64,000 nucleotides of DNA, from assembly GCA_964057225.1 (NCBI GenBank), contig OZ059897.1, positions 6,076,001 through 6,140,000 on the forward strand. The letters run 5' to 3'. How positions within the stretch are numbered: position 1 is the first letter of the stretch; each line of letters opens with the position of its first letter. The stretch comes from Auanema rhodensis (lineage: Eukaryota > Animalia > Nematoda). Both the position numbers and the translations under genes were made by a program. The notes beneath the pieces are model-generated. The model searched no databases and was not told where the DNA came from. It worked only from the letters and a program-made list of their open reading frames with translations. Below are positions 13,373-26,205 of the stretch, one piece after another.

Positions 13373-16300
13373 ATGGGATCTATAATTTGGATCTTGACCT
13401 TATGTCTAGCCTCCGTATCTGCAGCTACAAACAGAGTAAGATACTTTCTCATTTATTTATTTGATTTTTGAAACTATTTAAGACATCTTGTTTTCAATAC
13501 ATTGATTGTTATGAGAAGGCACAAATCAATTTGAAAGATTGTGCTGGAGGAACTGGAATTGCCTTAACTCTTGAGAGCAAAGACAGAACTCTAGCCCAGC
13601 TTTTTGCTGAACAATCTAATGTTATTAATGGATGTCAAGGTAAATTAAATCAAAAAATTGAAATTGTTATGCTGCAATTGAACTTTATGAAATCATCATT
13701 CAAAAATACGTTTTTTTACTAATCGGTGAACAGTAGTTTTTTTTAAATTTTTTAAAAGAAAGTATAAAAACCGGTTTTTTCAGATCATCTCATGAAGGAG
13801 ATCATCGACTTCGATGCTTTGCAGGTTCTTGTTACTCAGGATTCTCGTGAATGTTTCGAAAAGCTTCCAGAAAACACAAGACCAATTGTATGTGTTCTAG
13901 TATTTATTAGAAGCGAAAAATTATTTCCTTTAAGAATTCCGGTAACTGTGAGTTCACTCCAACACCAGTTCGAGATCATTATGGAAAGGATAAATACCAA
14001 TGTGCTACTGAATATTTGGAGGATCGAAAACAATGTGAAACGCTTTTAAGATGCTGTCCTGATCATTCTAGGTGAGTATGAGATGCAACCGCTCTTGATC
14101 ATTGCTTGCAATTAAATGAATTATCGATTTATTCGAACCTTTTGGAACTAAGTGCCAATTTATTTAAAATTTATATTTCAGATGTGGAGAACGTATTAAT
14201 GCCATCAGCTTGGCTTATCAACAAGCTTCTGCTAAATGTATTAAATCATTTTGAATAAGAAATATATAATCATTGTTTTCAGCTTTACAAATCGTTTCCA
14301 ACCTATTGAGTTGTGTTGTTTCCCGTGAACCTAGCACTCATGAGTTGGTATCTCATCTCAAACACCAAAGAAGTGCTCTGAGAAATGCCGGTCTTCCCTT
14401 CTTTAAGCCTGATCTTGCTACTGGTGATAACATATATCTTATTTTCTAAATCTTTGATATTTTTCCAGAAGAGCGTATCAACCGTCGTTTAACTTTGACG
14501 TCTACTGTCACACAAAACCAACGTCAAAAAAAGTTTGTTCAGCGTTACCATGAGGTAAGCTGAGCTTTTAAGACTAAAAGCTTTCCAAATGCGTTTTGAC
14601 CACTTTAACAAATTATTGTTCTAGATCCGCAATGCTCTTGTTGTTCGTATTGCCAAAGAAACATCTCCAAAGCCAGAAACTACCACCGCTCCTGCTTCAA
14701 AAGATCGACGTGTTAATATGATTAAGAATCTTTTGAAGTAATTCAAATACCCCCCGTTATGTCATTCAAACATCTATTAAGAAATGCTGATGATCAAGAC
14801 CTTGCTATCTATGTTTCATTGATTTCTGATGGAAACTTCGAAAAACTGTCGGAGCTCGAAAAGGAAAAGCTTCTAAAAATTGGAGATGAGAATGAGGCTC
14901 AAAACGCTATTGAGAAGATTGGTGTCCTAAAGAACGCTATCACGGTTTGTAAATTGAGACAAGTTCTTATCAAAGATTAACTTTAGAAAGCCATATCCAA
15001 CAAAGAACACAAGACTATTGAATATGCTATCAAATCTCAGATTTCTCGCGAAGCTGCTGCTGAGTTAGAGGAAGATGAGAACGAATGGAATGACGTATAG
15101 ACACTTAGAAAAAGTTGTAATCATATTATTAAATATTCAGAGAAGAGAAAAGGAAGCAGTCAATGAAGTACTTGGAGAAGCATTGGAAGGAGTTGAAAGT
15201 GATATACTCTTCAGAGCCAAAAAATTCGCCTCAGCTGTAGGTGAAGCGATTGAAGCACAGAAGGAGCTTGTTCTTTCTAAGGACAGCACTTTCCAAGGAA
15301 ATGGTTTACGTCAGCAAAGGCAAGATAGTCTCCATATTTGAATATTTACTCAATGCAAGTGTTACAGAACTTCAGCTGTTGCTTCTCCCGATGAAGGAGC
15401 CATGGTTCACGACTACAGTATCTTGAAAGATAAACATGATGAACCAGCTTCATTCATTAAACAAACTTCTCTCGTACGGTATCAGCTTTGAAGATCAAAC
15501 TTTATTATTATTTTTAGGCTTTAGCTGATATTCAACCTCTTACTCAAGCTAAGTTGGTTAACGTAATTCAAACACCTATTCAAGAAAAAGAAGAAGTTGT
15601 TGAGGGATCCGGAAGTGAAGAAGTCGAGGGCTCTGGAAGTGAAGAAGTTATCGATGTTAAACCCAATGTAGATATTGAACCATCTATTCTTTCTGAAGAT
15701 GAACTTCTCACTCCAAGTGTTAAAGAAGAAGCCCCAAAAGAGTCTCAAAACACTAGTTCTGAATCTCATAAACATGATGGAAAGAAACACCATTATCATA
15801 AGCATCACCATCACCATCATCATCATCACCATAACTCTACTGAAACATCTACTTCTGCAAAGGAAAATCGGATTACTACGACTACTGTTGTTCCAGTGAG
15901 CACCGTTGAGACTGTTGCGACTGAACCTACCACGCTACTACCTGCTTCAACTGTTCCTTCTGAAGAACAATCTTTCACATCATCCACTGTCCCAACCACG
16001 TCGTCTACAGCTGTCACAACAACAATTGAAACAGTTACTGAAGAGAAAACAGAGAACGAAAGAAAGCCAAGAGGGGACGAACAAATTAGCGAATCTATTT
16101 CCAATAAAGATGAAGCCAAGGAAGAACTTACAGCTTTTAACAAAGATCAACAGGTTTTTTTCTTATACTAAACGTTCAGAAACAATATTTTTAAAGGAAT
16201 TCCGTGAGAAGATTGTCAACTTAAAGCGTAAGTTGGCTAAAATTGATGCCGTAAGTCAAGAAGCCGCTAAGTTAAAGAAAGACGAGTCCAAGAAAGAAGA

Positions 16301-17415
16301 TAACAACGTCCTTTCTAACATTGTGAATACAATGACTGACAATTTGAATACCAAGGTGAGTTTCTAAATTAATCTTTCAAATAGTCTTTTGTGATACAAG
16401 CATTTTTAGACTGTTAATGTTGATTCTTCAACTGACGAAGGTTTATCTACTACAACTAAGATCCCGTCTGAATCCTTGGTAAGTTCCAATGCAGCATATT
16501 TCTTGTTTGAATAAACAAACGACAGATTATTTGGATTATATATGCCCATTTCTTCTCAAACATTAAATAATCTATCTCAGTTTCCTTTGCTTCAGACAAT
16601 TTATTTTCTTACATTTCAGCCCAATTTCTGTTCTGAATATGCTAAATGCGATGACTTAGCTCATGAGTATGAAAATCAATGTCATGAACGTTATACTGAA
16701 AGCTATATGACTCATCGTAAGCTATTCAGAAATTGGATGAGAAAGAATACTTTGTTTTTCTTTTCAGATATTGAGGAATCAACGATTGTCAATATTCTTT
16801 ACAACAACTCTATTAGCAAACATGAAATCGTCATGAAGGCTTGTCTACGTCCTTTAGACAAAAATTCCTATTCTAACGTGAGTCCTTACTTAACAATATT
16901 TTCTTTAAAAACTGGAATTTAGTTGAAACAATTGTTGACTGTTCAACGTGGTGTTCGTAGGGCTTGCTTAGACTTAGGACGTAATCGTGGGGCAATCTCT
17001 TCAGAGGTCTTAGCTCAATGTCAAAGCACTCAATCTAATATTGATATTGATGCTTTCTTGAATAATCACAAACTTAGATCAGAAGAGAATCGTATCACAT
17101 GTCTAGCTAAGGTTGAAGCATTCCGTGATAGTTGTAACAACGTCAGCCGTTGCTGTGCCAGTATCGCACCGTATGTCCTTCAACTTTGGACTATTTAGTC
17201 ATTTCCGTTTCTATTTTTAGCTTTCTAACAATTTTACTTTTTTTATTTTCAGATGTGATAAGTACATAAATCAATCACCTCTCCAAAAACTGAAGGAAGA
17301 AGCTATTTCTACTCTTGTTCAACGCCAGAACGCCTGCGAAGAACGCATGATGGAAACCTTAAAATACATCCATGACAATCTTACCAGCCGTCGTAGACGT
17401 TTTTATATGAACTAA
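13373..17415 (+). CDS. Large secreted nematode protein: two 12-Cys domains flanking a helical region, EGSG motifs, poly-His tract and Thr-rich mucin segment
   Basis: TTTTCAG|ATG; signal peptide MGSIIWILTLCLASVSAA; multi-exon ORF assembled through the 205-aa segment 15554-16171 to SRRRRFYMN* at 17415. Confidence 0.85.
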
Positions 17416-17703
17416 GAATTTAACAGTTCGAAAACCTCGCCAATATGCTTTAACAATCTCAACAAAAAATTCGTGGAGACGATTTATTTCCAAAGCAGAC
17501 ACGTGCCTTACTTACCAACCCCAGTGCATTGCAGTGATATTTATTTATTTGTTTGTTTATTAAATATTTATTAAAAACAGATTATCTTTTTTTTTTGAAG
17601 ATTAGATCTAAAGACTAGAAAGGCAACAAAATTTGGCACATAATAGAAATTTGTTAAAAATGGAATATTCACCGGAATCTCAACGAACTCTTGTTGCGCA
17701 AAA

Positions 17704-19846
17704 CTAGTGCTGAGTACAGATATATTTCCACTGGGTGAACTCGTCAATTCCTTGAGCGGCTCCTTCTCTACCAAGGCCACTTTCCTTAACACCTCCAAAA
17801 GCGGCTTCAGCACAAGAAATTAAGCCTTAAAATAGTATTTTAACAACGTAATTCATCAAAACATTTCAAATTGTCGTCATGAAGTTGCACAGCTGACACA
17901 ATTTGATAGTTTTAAATACCTTCATTAACACCAATCATTCCAACTTGCAGCTGTCTTGTTACACGATAAATCTGTGAAGAATCCTTACTGAAGATATATC
18001 CAGCAAGACCAGAACGAGACTTATTAGCATGAATCAAAACTTCCTTTTCATCTGTGAACCTTAAAACGAAATGTTTTTCACGATAAACATCAAAAGCTCG
18101 TCATACTTTCGAACAGCTGCAATAGGTCCGAAAATTTCTTGATGAGCAATTTCCATGTCATCAGTAATGCCAGTTACAAGAGTAGGCTGGTAGCAAGAAC
18201 CTTTACCGCGTTTTCCTCCCAAAACGATTTTAGCTCCTTTATTGGTAGCATCACTGAGAAGGGTTTGAATCTACAAAATGCAGAGCTACACATGTCCTAT
18301 TAAACACAATATACCTTTTCTACAGCCTTATCATTGATAAGAGGACCCTGATTGACACCATTCTCAAGACCATTGCCCACTTTCAAAGTTTTCATAGCTT
18401 CGCTAAGCTTATCTACATACTGTTTAAAGATCTGAAACAAGCATAAAACTACGCAATTCATAATAAGCTCTTGCCTTCTCATGAACATAGATTCGGTTAG
18501 CTGAAACACATGTTTGTCCAGAAGCACGGAATTTCGTAGCCATTGTTCCCTGAAAATCAATTTCATCTCGCAACATATGAAACTCATAATAAAAAACCTT
18601 AACAGCAACATCTAAGTCAGCTGTGTCGAAGATAATTAGTGGAGCATTTCCTCCCAACTCGAGACATACTCTCTTAACGGTAGAAGCTGATTGACTCAAT
18701 AAAATCTGAATACCTTATATCAGCAAAATAAAAGAATATATGAAGAAATAACCTTTCCAACAGCGGTACTACCGGTGAAGCTGATAGCATCAACGTCGGT
18801 TGATTCACAAAGATACTTAGAAATAGCAGCGGTATTTTTTCTATCAGCGGGAATAACATTGAAAACACCAGCAGGAAGACCAGCTTCTTCAGCAGTCTCA
18901 AAAAAAACTATACATAATTAATTTAAATTAAATTGACACCTGAGCTAAAGCTAAAGCGCTCAATGGAGTATCTTCAGCTGGCTTGACAACTAAAGTGCAT
19001 CCAGCAGCAAGAGCGGCTCCGGCCTTACGGGCAATCATAGCAGTTGGGAAATTCCACTAAAAAAAAGTAATAACTTCTATTTATTCTTGAAGTACATACT
19101 GGGGTAATCAGAACTACTACGCCAATAGGTTCACGAATGTGAATGTGTTCCCTATTAAGAACTGCTGGGTTTACAACCTAAACTCAGAAAGATTAGTATT
19201 GTTAAGTACCACGTTGAAGATTGCATACTTGGCCGTAAATGCGACGAGATTCTCCAGCATACCAATCGAAAAAAGCAGCAGAATATTGAATTTCTCCCTT
19301 AGCTTCAGCCAATGGTTTTCCCTGATTATTAATAATGTATTTAATCAAATACTACTCTCTCACCTGCTCAGAAGTTAAAAGCTTGGCAAGTTCCTCTTCA
19401 CGTTGGCTAAGAATATTGAACCATTTTTGAAGAATTTGTCCTTAAAAACGTATTCAGAGTATGAAACTATTTCATATAAATCATTCAAACCTCTTTGTTT
19501 AGCAGTAGTTTCTAATGACCACTTATGAAACACTTCGCGGGCAACAGAAACAGCCTAGAATCGATATTTGAAAGATTAAATGTTTTGTAAAATTTTACTT
19601 TCTGGGCATCAACAACGTCACAATTTGCTGTTTTAGCAATCAACTCTCCAGTATAAGGATTGTACACATCAAATGTTTTATTTGATTGAGCATTAATGAA
19701 CTGTCCTGAATAGGAACAATGAATTAAAATTTATAAAAGATAAACAAACCGTTCACATACGCTAAAGAACCTTTAGGGAGCACAGAAGAATACATTCTGA
19801 TACTGTTCATTTCTAGTCCAGACATTTTGATCAACCGGAAAGCCAT
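17704..19846 (-). CDS. alh-7: Mitochondrial succinate-semialdehyde dehydrogenase (ALDH5A1-like)
   Basis: [50 protein letters not shown] (catalytic Glu), GQTCV (catalytic Cys), EIFGP; basic mitochondrial presequence. Confidence 0.95.
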
Positions 19847-20035
19847 GTTGAAACAAATTTCTTTAAATAGATTCCACTGAAAGGGAGTGGCAATAGCGCT
19901 ATTAAGTACACAAAATAGATTGCGCCAATGCTAAACTTATACGCTCCAACCCTAATTCAACTTTCGAAAATTATTTTAGCATATAACTATATGTAATATT
20001 CTATATTAATTTTCACATAATAATTCTTTGTAGAG

Positions 20036-23000
20036 ATGGGAAAACATGATAAGAGACGTAGAAGTCGTAGCAGATCAAGGGAGAAGAAACGTGAGAAAAA
20101 ACGAAGACATTCATCCGATTCAAGTTCTGACAGCAGTAGGAGTCGCGATCGTTTTCAGGTAAGATCCTTCATTAACGCTGTTTAAATATTTTTGTAGTCC
20201 ACACTAGATAAAGGAAGAGCTGAGAAAAAGAATCAAAAGAAGTTGGAAAAGCAACGGCTCAAAGATAAGGAAACTCCCGAAGAGAAAAGAGCTAGACGGC
20301 TCGCAAAAAAGGAGAAAAAGGTATATATATATATTTTATATTATATAAGTTTATTATTTTAGAGAGAAGCTAGGAAAGCCAAAGAAGATGAAGGATATTT
20401 GCCTCAAACTCTATCATACACTAATATGAATAATCCATTCAATGACAGTAAATTGACTGAAACTTTCGTTTGGGGAAAGAAGTTGGAAGTCGAAGGACGT
20501 TCCCATGTTTCTACAAAAACTTTACAAAAAGAGTTAGAACAAATCTTGTAATAAATTCTGTAAACTCTGATTTAGAACTCGTAAACGTGTGGAAAAGAAT
20601 ATAAGAGAAATGGAAGAGTTCAAACGAGCTCGCGATGCCAGGATTGCAGCAAGGTGTTTTTTTAAAGCGTATCTTCGTACTTTTTCATTTTTAGAGAAGA
20701 CAAAGATATGATTCAACGTGACTTAGACAAGAGAGCACATGGAGACTGGGACGCCAAAGAACAACAGTTCCAACTTGAGCAAGCTAAAGTCCGTTCTAAA
20801 CTGCGTATTGAACAAAAACGTGCAAAGCCAATTGATCTTTTGTCAAGGTATGTTTAAGCAAAAAATTCGATTTCACTTCTCTTTTCAGGTATATTAATTT
20901 TGGTGAAGAAGAAACTAAAATTAATGAAGATGACGAGTTTGAAATGCAACATCCCGCCACATATGTTCTAAATCTCTCTGTTGATGATTATGAAGATCTC
21001 ATCGAAGATATAAAAGTTTTAAATTTTTTTTTATTAAACTGAACAAAGCTTTATTACAGGTATATCGAAGTTTAGATGGCAACAAAAATACTGAATATTG
21101 GAGAGATATAAGATGCATAATAGATGATGAATTAAAAAAACTACGATCAGATCCAAGCCGGCCTCAAGTTCATGGCTCAGTTCAAACTGATGTTTTAAAA
21201 ATGTTTAAGGTATGTATAAATATATTTAATTTGTTTCTACTTTTTTTCCATTATAATTCTAAAATATTATTTTGTTATTGCATTTTTTTTGTTTACCTTG
21301 GCAATTCATCTGGATCAGGCCATCTTTCAAAATCCAAGTTTTCTTCTTCACTTGTTAAACCGGCGTTAATACTAATTTCATCAAATAATTTGTATATTTT
21401 ATCATATTCTGTCGGCGTTACTTCTCCATCTAATGTCATAATAATGTCAAAAATTGCTCCATATCTAAAATTTTGATATTTCTTTCATATATCATTAATA
21501 CCTACTGTTTTGGCAAGTCTTGTAGGAAATTTTTAGTTTCAATCTCTTTAACTTTTGTCCACATGACTTCCATAGCCGGCAATCCTTGCCACGGCAATTT
21601 CTTCACAAATGATACAGTCAAGTAGAAAAATGCCTGTAGTTCCCCAGGCAAAGAATATAATTCTGAAAACAAAGTATATACAATTTTTTCATTTAAAAAA
21701 ACCTTTATAAGCAACTGGCATATAGTCTAATGAACCTTCCCATTTATTCCTTTCCTGTGATTCTGGGATTTCCATTGCACTCTATTTTCTACTATTTAAT
21801 ATTAAATACAAAAAGTAAAAAAACCTTTCTTATATAGGAGCAATCAGCTAAGAATAACGAGCGATTGGTTGCACAGAAATGGAAGCATTCTGGGTTGACA
21901 TTGCATAATAGGTATCCATGTTCGTGCACAGTTTTCAATATCTAGCTTTCAAAATTATTTGCTTAATTTTGTACATCCTCACTTTGAGAATATCTTTACT
22001 CAATTGTGCTGCCGTGCCGTAGCTGAATTTTTCACCGCAAAAACTAAAGCATTCTGGTAGAGTTGGTCCTTCTCGGAAATACTGTAGAAGAAATTCATAA
22101 TCTGGTGAATTCCAGAACGAATGAACTTGAGAGAAAAGTTTGTATTTATGCTGTTCCTCCATCTCAAAACATGCGCAAGAAATTTTACTATACATCGATA
22201 TTTTATACCTTTTTCAAAAATTGATATTCCTTGTTAATCAAGTTCTTTTTCCCAATTCTCAATAAGAGTTCTTCTTGTTCTGGTCCTACTGCTAAATACG
22301 TAGGGCCAATACTGTCATCCCATCCTATTCTTTCAAAAATCTAAATCTGTTTTCGTTTAAAATTTGGCTTGAATCTATTCCACCAACAGTGCATCGGCCA
22401 TCGAAAACGTATTGTGCAGGATACATTGGATATCCATTTAGTATTTCATACTGTTTAGTTAATTTTTCTTGTGATTTCTTCAAGTTTTCTTGAGTAAACT
22501 CCTAAAAAAATCATATTTTTCACCAACAAAAATAACTTAACCTGTTCAGTATTCACCAGCGCCATTTGATTTAAAAAATACGCATATTACGTGGATTTGT
22601 TGGAATTCCACGCAACTTATGAAATATGCTAATTTTTTGTTTACAGGGCTCATCGTTGGATAAATTGCTCACCTTGGAAAGTTCTATTACAAATCGTATT
22701 GAAAATCCAGGTCCTGGTGTAGATGTGGCTTTCTGGGAAGGAGTTTTAGGTAATAAAATCCTGGTTGACAACAAACATGAAATGTTTCAGAACATTTAAA
22801 AGTACATATTGCTAAAACAAGATTAAAGGAATTGCATCAATCTAAGATAAAACTGAAATTGAAGCTTATTCGAGATGAAAATGAGAAGCAAGCTGGCCCC
22901 ACTGACTCAATTCCAAGAGCAATAAAGGTTATAATTAGTCTTAATTTAATTTATCATATTCAAAAAATTCAGGCTTCATCATCCCAGTCTATTGATTATG

Positions 23001-23933
23001 ATGATGATGTGGAGTTGGAGAAAAAAGTTAGACGCAAAATTAATTTGGGAGATTTGGAAAATGATGATTTGGATGAACAAGAACAAGAGCTGAAATGGAG
23101 GTATGCTATATTTATTTATTTGAGTAAGACTTCATTTCAGAGCTTTGGAACCTGATCAGTTACAGAATGTCACATTAGAGTTGTATGAACGTGGATGCTA
23201 TAGTCCATCATATTTAAATGAAACTGATAATATGCCTGGAATCGAAATTCTTGAAGAAGATGCGGATAGAGAAAATCTGTTGAGTACCCGGCAGAGAAAT
23301 CGAAAACAAACAGGAAGCAGTGTTCCAAACCTTGCTGAAGCTAATTTAATGGCTATTGCTCGACAAGGCATGGGTAAAGATGAATCAACGTTCTCAGTTG
23401 AACAACCTATCGATACACAGGTATTACATTTTTTTTGTTTCATCTTATAATGCTATTTTAGACATTACTTTGGTCTGATAAATATCGGCCCAGGAAGCCA
23501 ACATATCTCAATAGAGTTCAAACTGGCTTTGACTGGAATAAATATAATCAAACTCATTATGATATGGATAACCCACCACCTAAGATTGTTCAAGGATATA
23601 AGTTTAATGTATGTTTTCCAATTAGTTATTGAAGCTTCTCATATTTGATTCAGATTTTCTATCCCGATATATTGGACAAAAAGGAAACACCTTCTTTCTC
23701 AGTTACTCCATGTGATGATAAAGACTTCGCTGTCATTCGTTTCAAATCCGGTCCTCCTTATGAAGATATCGCTTTTAAGTAAGATATATTCAAAGTCCAT
23801 TTCATAAGTCAATTTTTCCAGAGTGGTTAATCGGGAATGGGAAGTGAGTCATAAAAACGGCTATAAGTGTCAATTTCAAAACGATGTATTCCAACTTTGG
23901 TTCCAATTCAAAAAATATCGGTACAGAAGATAG
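20036..23933 (+). CDS. cacn-1: Cactin (spliceosome-associated factor)
   Basis: RS/K-rich N-terminus, YTNMNNPFND..FVWGKK, RAKPIDLL, and C-terminal domain WSDKYRPRKP..GFDWNKYNQTHYD..NPPPKIVQGYKFNIFYPD..GPPYEDIAF..KKYRYRR*. Large intron 21210-22646. Confidence 0.96.
21293..22565 (-). CDS. Casein kinase 1/TTBK-family pseudokinase nested antisense in a cactin intron
   Basis: Spliced ORF MALVNTEQ|EFTQ..RFRFLKRIGWDDSIGPTYLAV..LLLRIG..NKEYQFLK..GPTL..KFSYGTAAQLSKDIL..VHEHGYLLCNVNPECF..LFLADCS..WEGSLDY..FFYLTV..LPW..QDLPKQY..YDKIYKLF..LDFE..PR*. This is the CK1 subdomain layout with the catalytic residues lost. Confidence 0.85.
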
Positions 23934-24132
23934 TTTTTGTATTGTTTGTATGTTAGTTGTTCTGAGAACTATGTTACTATTAAATTATTGATTGATCTGT
24001 TGTTGAAGTTATTGCTCAACTTTATAAATAAATATATTAAACTAAAAATGTTTCTATAATGCAAACGGTAACAACCTGTAATAACTATACTAAACTGAGT
24101 TAATATTTAGGATATAACCAAGCAATCTTCAG

Positions 24133-25825
24133 ATGACGTTCTTGGAGCGACTTTTGTCGTTCTTTTTCACAGTTAACTCAAAGGGGTTTCTCTTTGTCGC
24201 TACTGTACTTTTGGTACTCGATTCTTTCATAACATTTTTCATCATTAAAAAAGTCCCTTGTAAGCTTTTGTACAGTTTGTTTATTCTATTATATTTTATA
24301 TTTTCTTAGATACTGAAATTGACTGGTCAACATATATGCAACAAGTAGAATGTTTCACTAAAAAGAAAATTTCGAATTATTCTTTAATTGAAGGCGATAC
24401 TGGTCCAGTTGTGTACGTCTGTTTTTTAACATTAAGCTTCATTTCTTTATTTTAGTTATCCTGCCGGACATTTGTATGTCTACCAAATTCTCTATGTTTT
24501 AACAAACGGAGGGAAAAATATTTTGGTTGGCCAATATATTTTTATGGTTATATATATTTTGAACTTGTGCCTAGTGTTTAGAATGTATTTCAAATCAAAT
24601 AAGGTATATCATCTTATGATAAACTTAGCTCAACAATAACTCTGTATATTTAGATACCGCCATTTGTTTTACCGTTATTAGTATGTACTGGGTATCGAAT
24701 TCATTCAATTTTTGTGCTGAGATTATTTAATGATCCTATTGCTATGTTTTTCTTCTACATATCCGCCAACTTATTCATTTCCCATCAATGGGTTCTAGGA
24801 TGTATCATGTACAGGTAATATAATGAAATTTCAAAGTGTCCATTGACCATTGGCATGAGAAGCAAGCAATTGTTGGGTACTTTTCAGTTTTGCTGTTTCA
24901 ATTAAGATGAACGTTTTACTGTTTGCTCCGGCTCTCTTTTTTGTTTTATTGCTAAACATAGGAATGCTGAGAACCTTTATTAATCTTCTAGTTTGTGCTT
25001 TTATTCAAGTTAGTTGGAACTTATTTTTATAACTATAATCTTATATATTTAGCTATTCATGGGACAACGTTTCTTGTTCTACGATCCAGTATCTTACATA
25101 AAAAGATCATTTGATTTGGGCCGTGTTTTTCTTTTCAAATGGACTGTTAACTGGAGATTTTTACCAGAAGAAGTAAGAAGTTTAAAATATGTTAATACAT
25201 TTTTGTTCCTTCAGGTATTCCTGGACAAAAGACTTCATCTGTTCCTACTATTTCTTCATATAGCTGTTCTCTTCATATTCGGCTATCATATGTGGTTCAG
25301 GTATCCACTTCGATTTTTTTTGTTTATTGAACTTTTTAATATACAGATCTCACGGTGGCCTGAGAGCTAGTTTGATTGAATTAAGCCATGGAATTCGTAC
25401 TAGAACAGGCGTTGCTGGTATTCCGCATAAGCTTCGAAAAATTTATAATTTTTATTTCTTAGAAACTATGTTTGCCTTGTTCACTGCTAATTTTATTGGA
25501 ATTATGTTCTCCCGTTCACTACATTACCAGTTCTACAGTTGGTATTTCCACCAACTTCCATTCCTGCTCTTCTGGAATTCTTCCCATTTTGACGGATCGA
25601 AAGTTAACCTAATGAGTATATTTTTGAAGTGAGTAACATCGTGTTTATCTGTTAATTGTATTAAACTTCAGAGTATCCATCCTAATTGGAATTGAATTCT
25701 GTTGGAATGTATATCCTTCAACTGCTTTATCATCAGCTTTATTGCATTTTTACCACTTCAGTATTTTAGGTTACCTTATAGTCACAAGAATTGAGCGTCA
25801 TAAGAGAAAACTTAAAGCCACTTAG
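24133..25825 (+). CDS. ALG3: Dol-P-Man:Man5GlcNAc2-PP-Dol alpha-1,3-mannosyltransferase
   Basis: [81 protein letters not shown]; KxKxx ER-retrieval end KLKAT*. Confidence 0.96.
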
Positions 25826-26205
25826 ATGCAAAACATTCCGTTTTTTTTTGAGGAAAAGGGGTTTTTTAGTTTTATGCCATTGTTTCACTACTTTTTGCTT
25901 CGGTTGTTACTTGAGATTCTGTTGATGCCTTATTTAGCTTTATAGATTAGTCATTCTTTCAAATCATTTTTACTGTATTTATGCAGTTTATTTATTAGCT
26001 CATAGACATGTTGTTATATAATCTTACTGTAAATTCGCTTTTTTAATTGGAGTTGTATATGGGATCATTATAAGCTATAAAAATATTAAATTATATGGTT
26101 TGAACATTTCAATTGGATACGCCATGTTTGAACAATTCAATACTTTTTCTTCAATAATATTAACAAATAGTTATAATCATGTTGCTTTATCTAGGCACAG
26201 GTTAC

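Noticed and set aside
22571-22774. Minus-strand ORF that appears to extend the nested kinase
   Set aside because: It is antisense to a cactin exon (22647-22749, ..PGVDVAFWEGVL).
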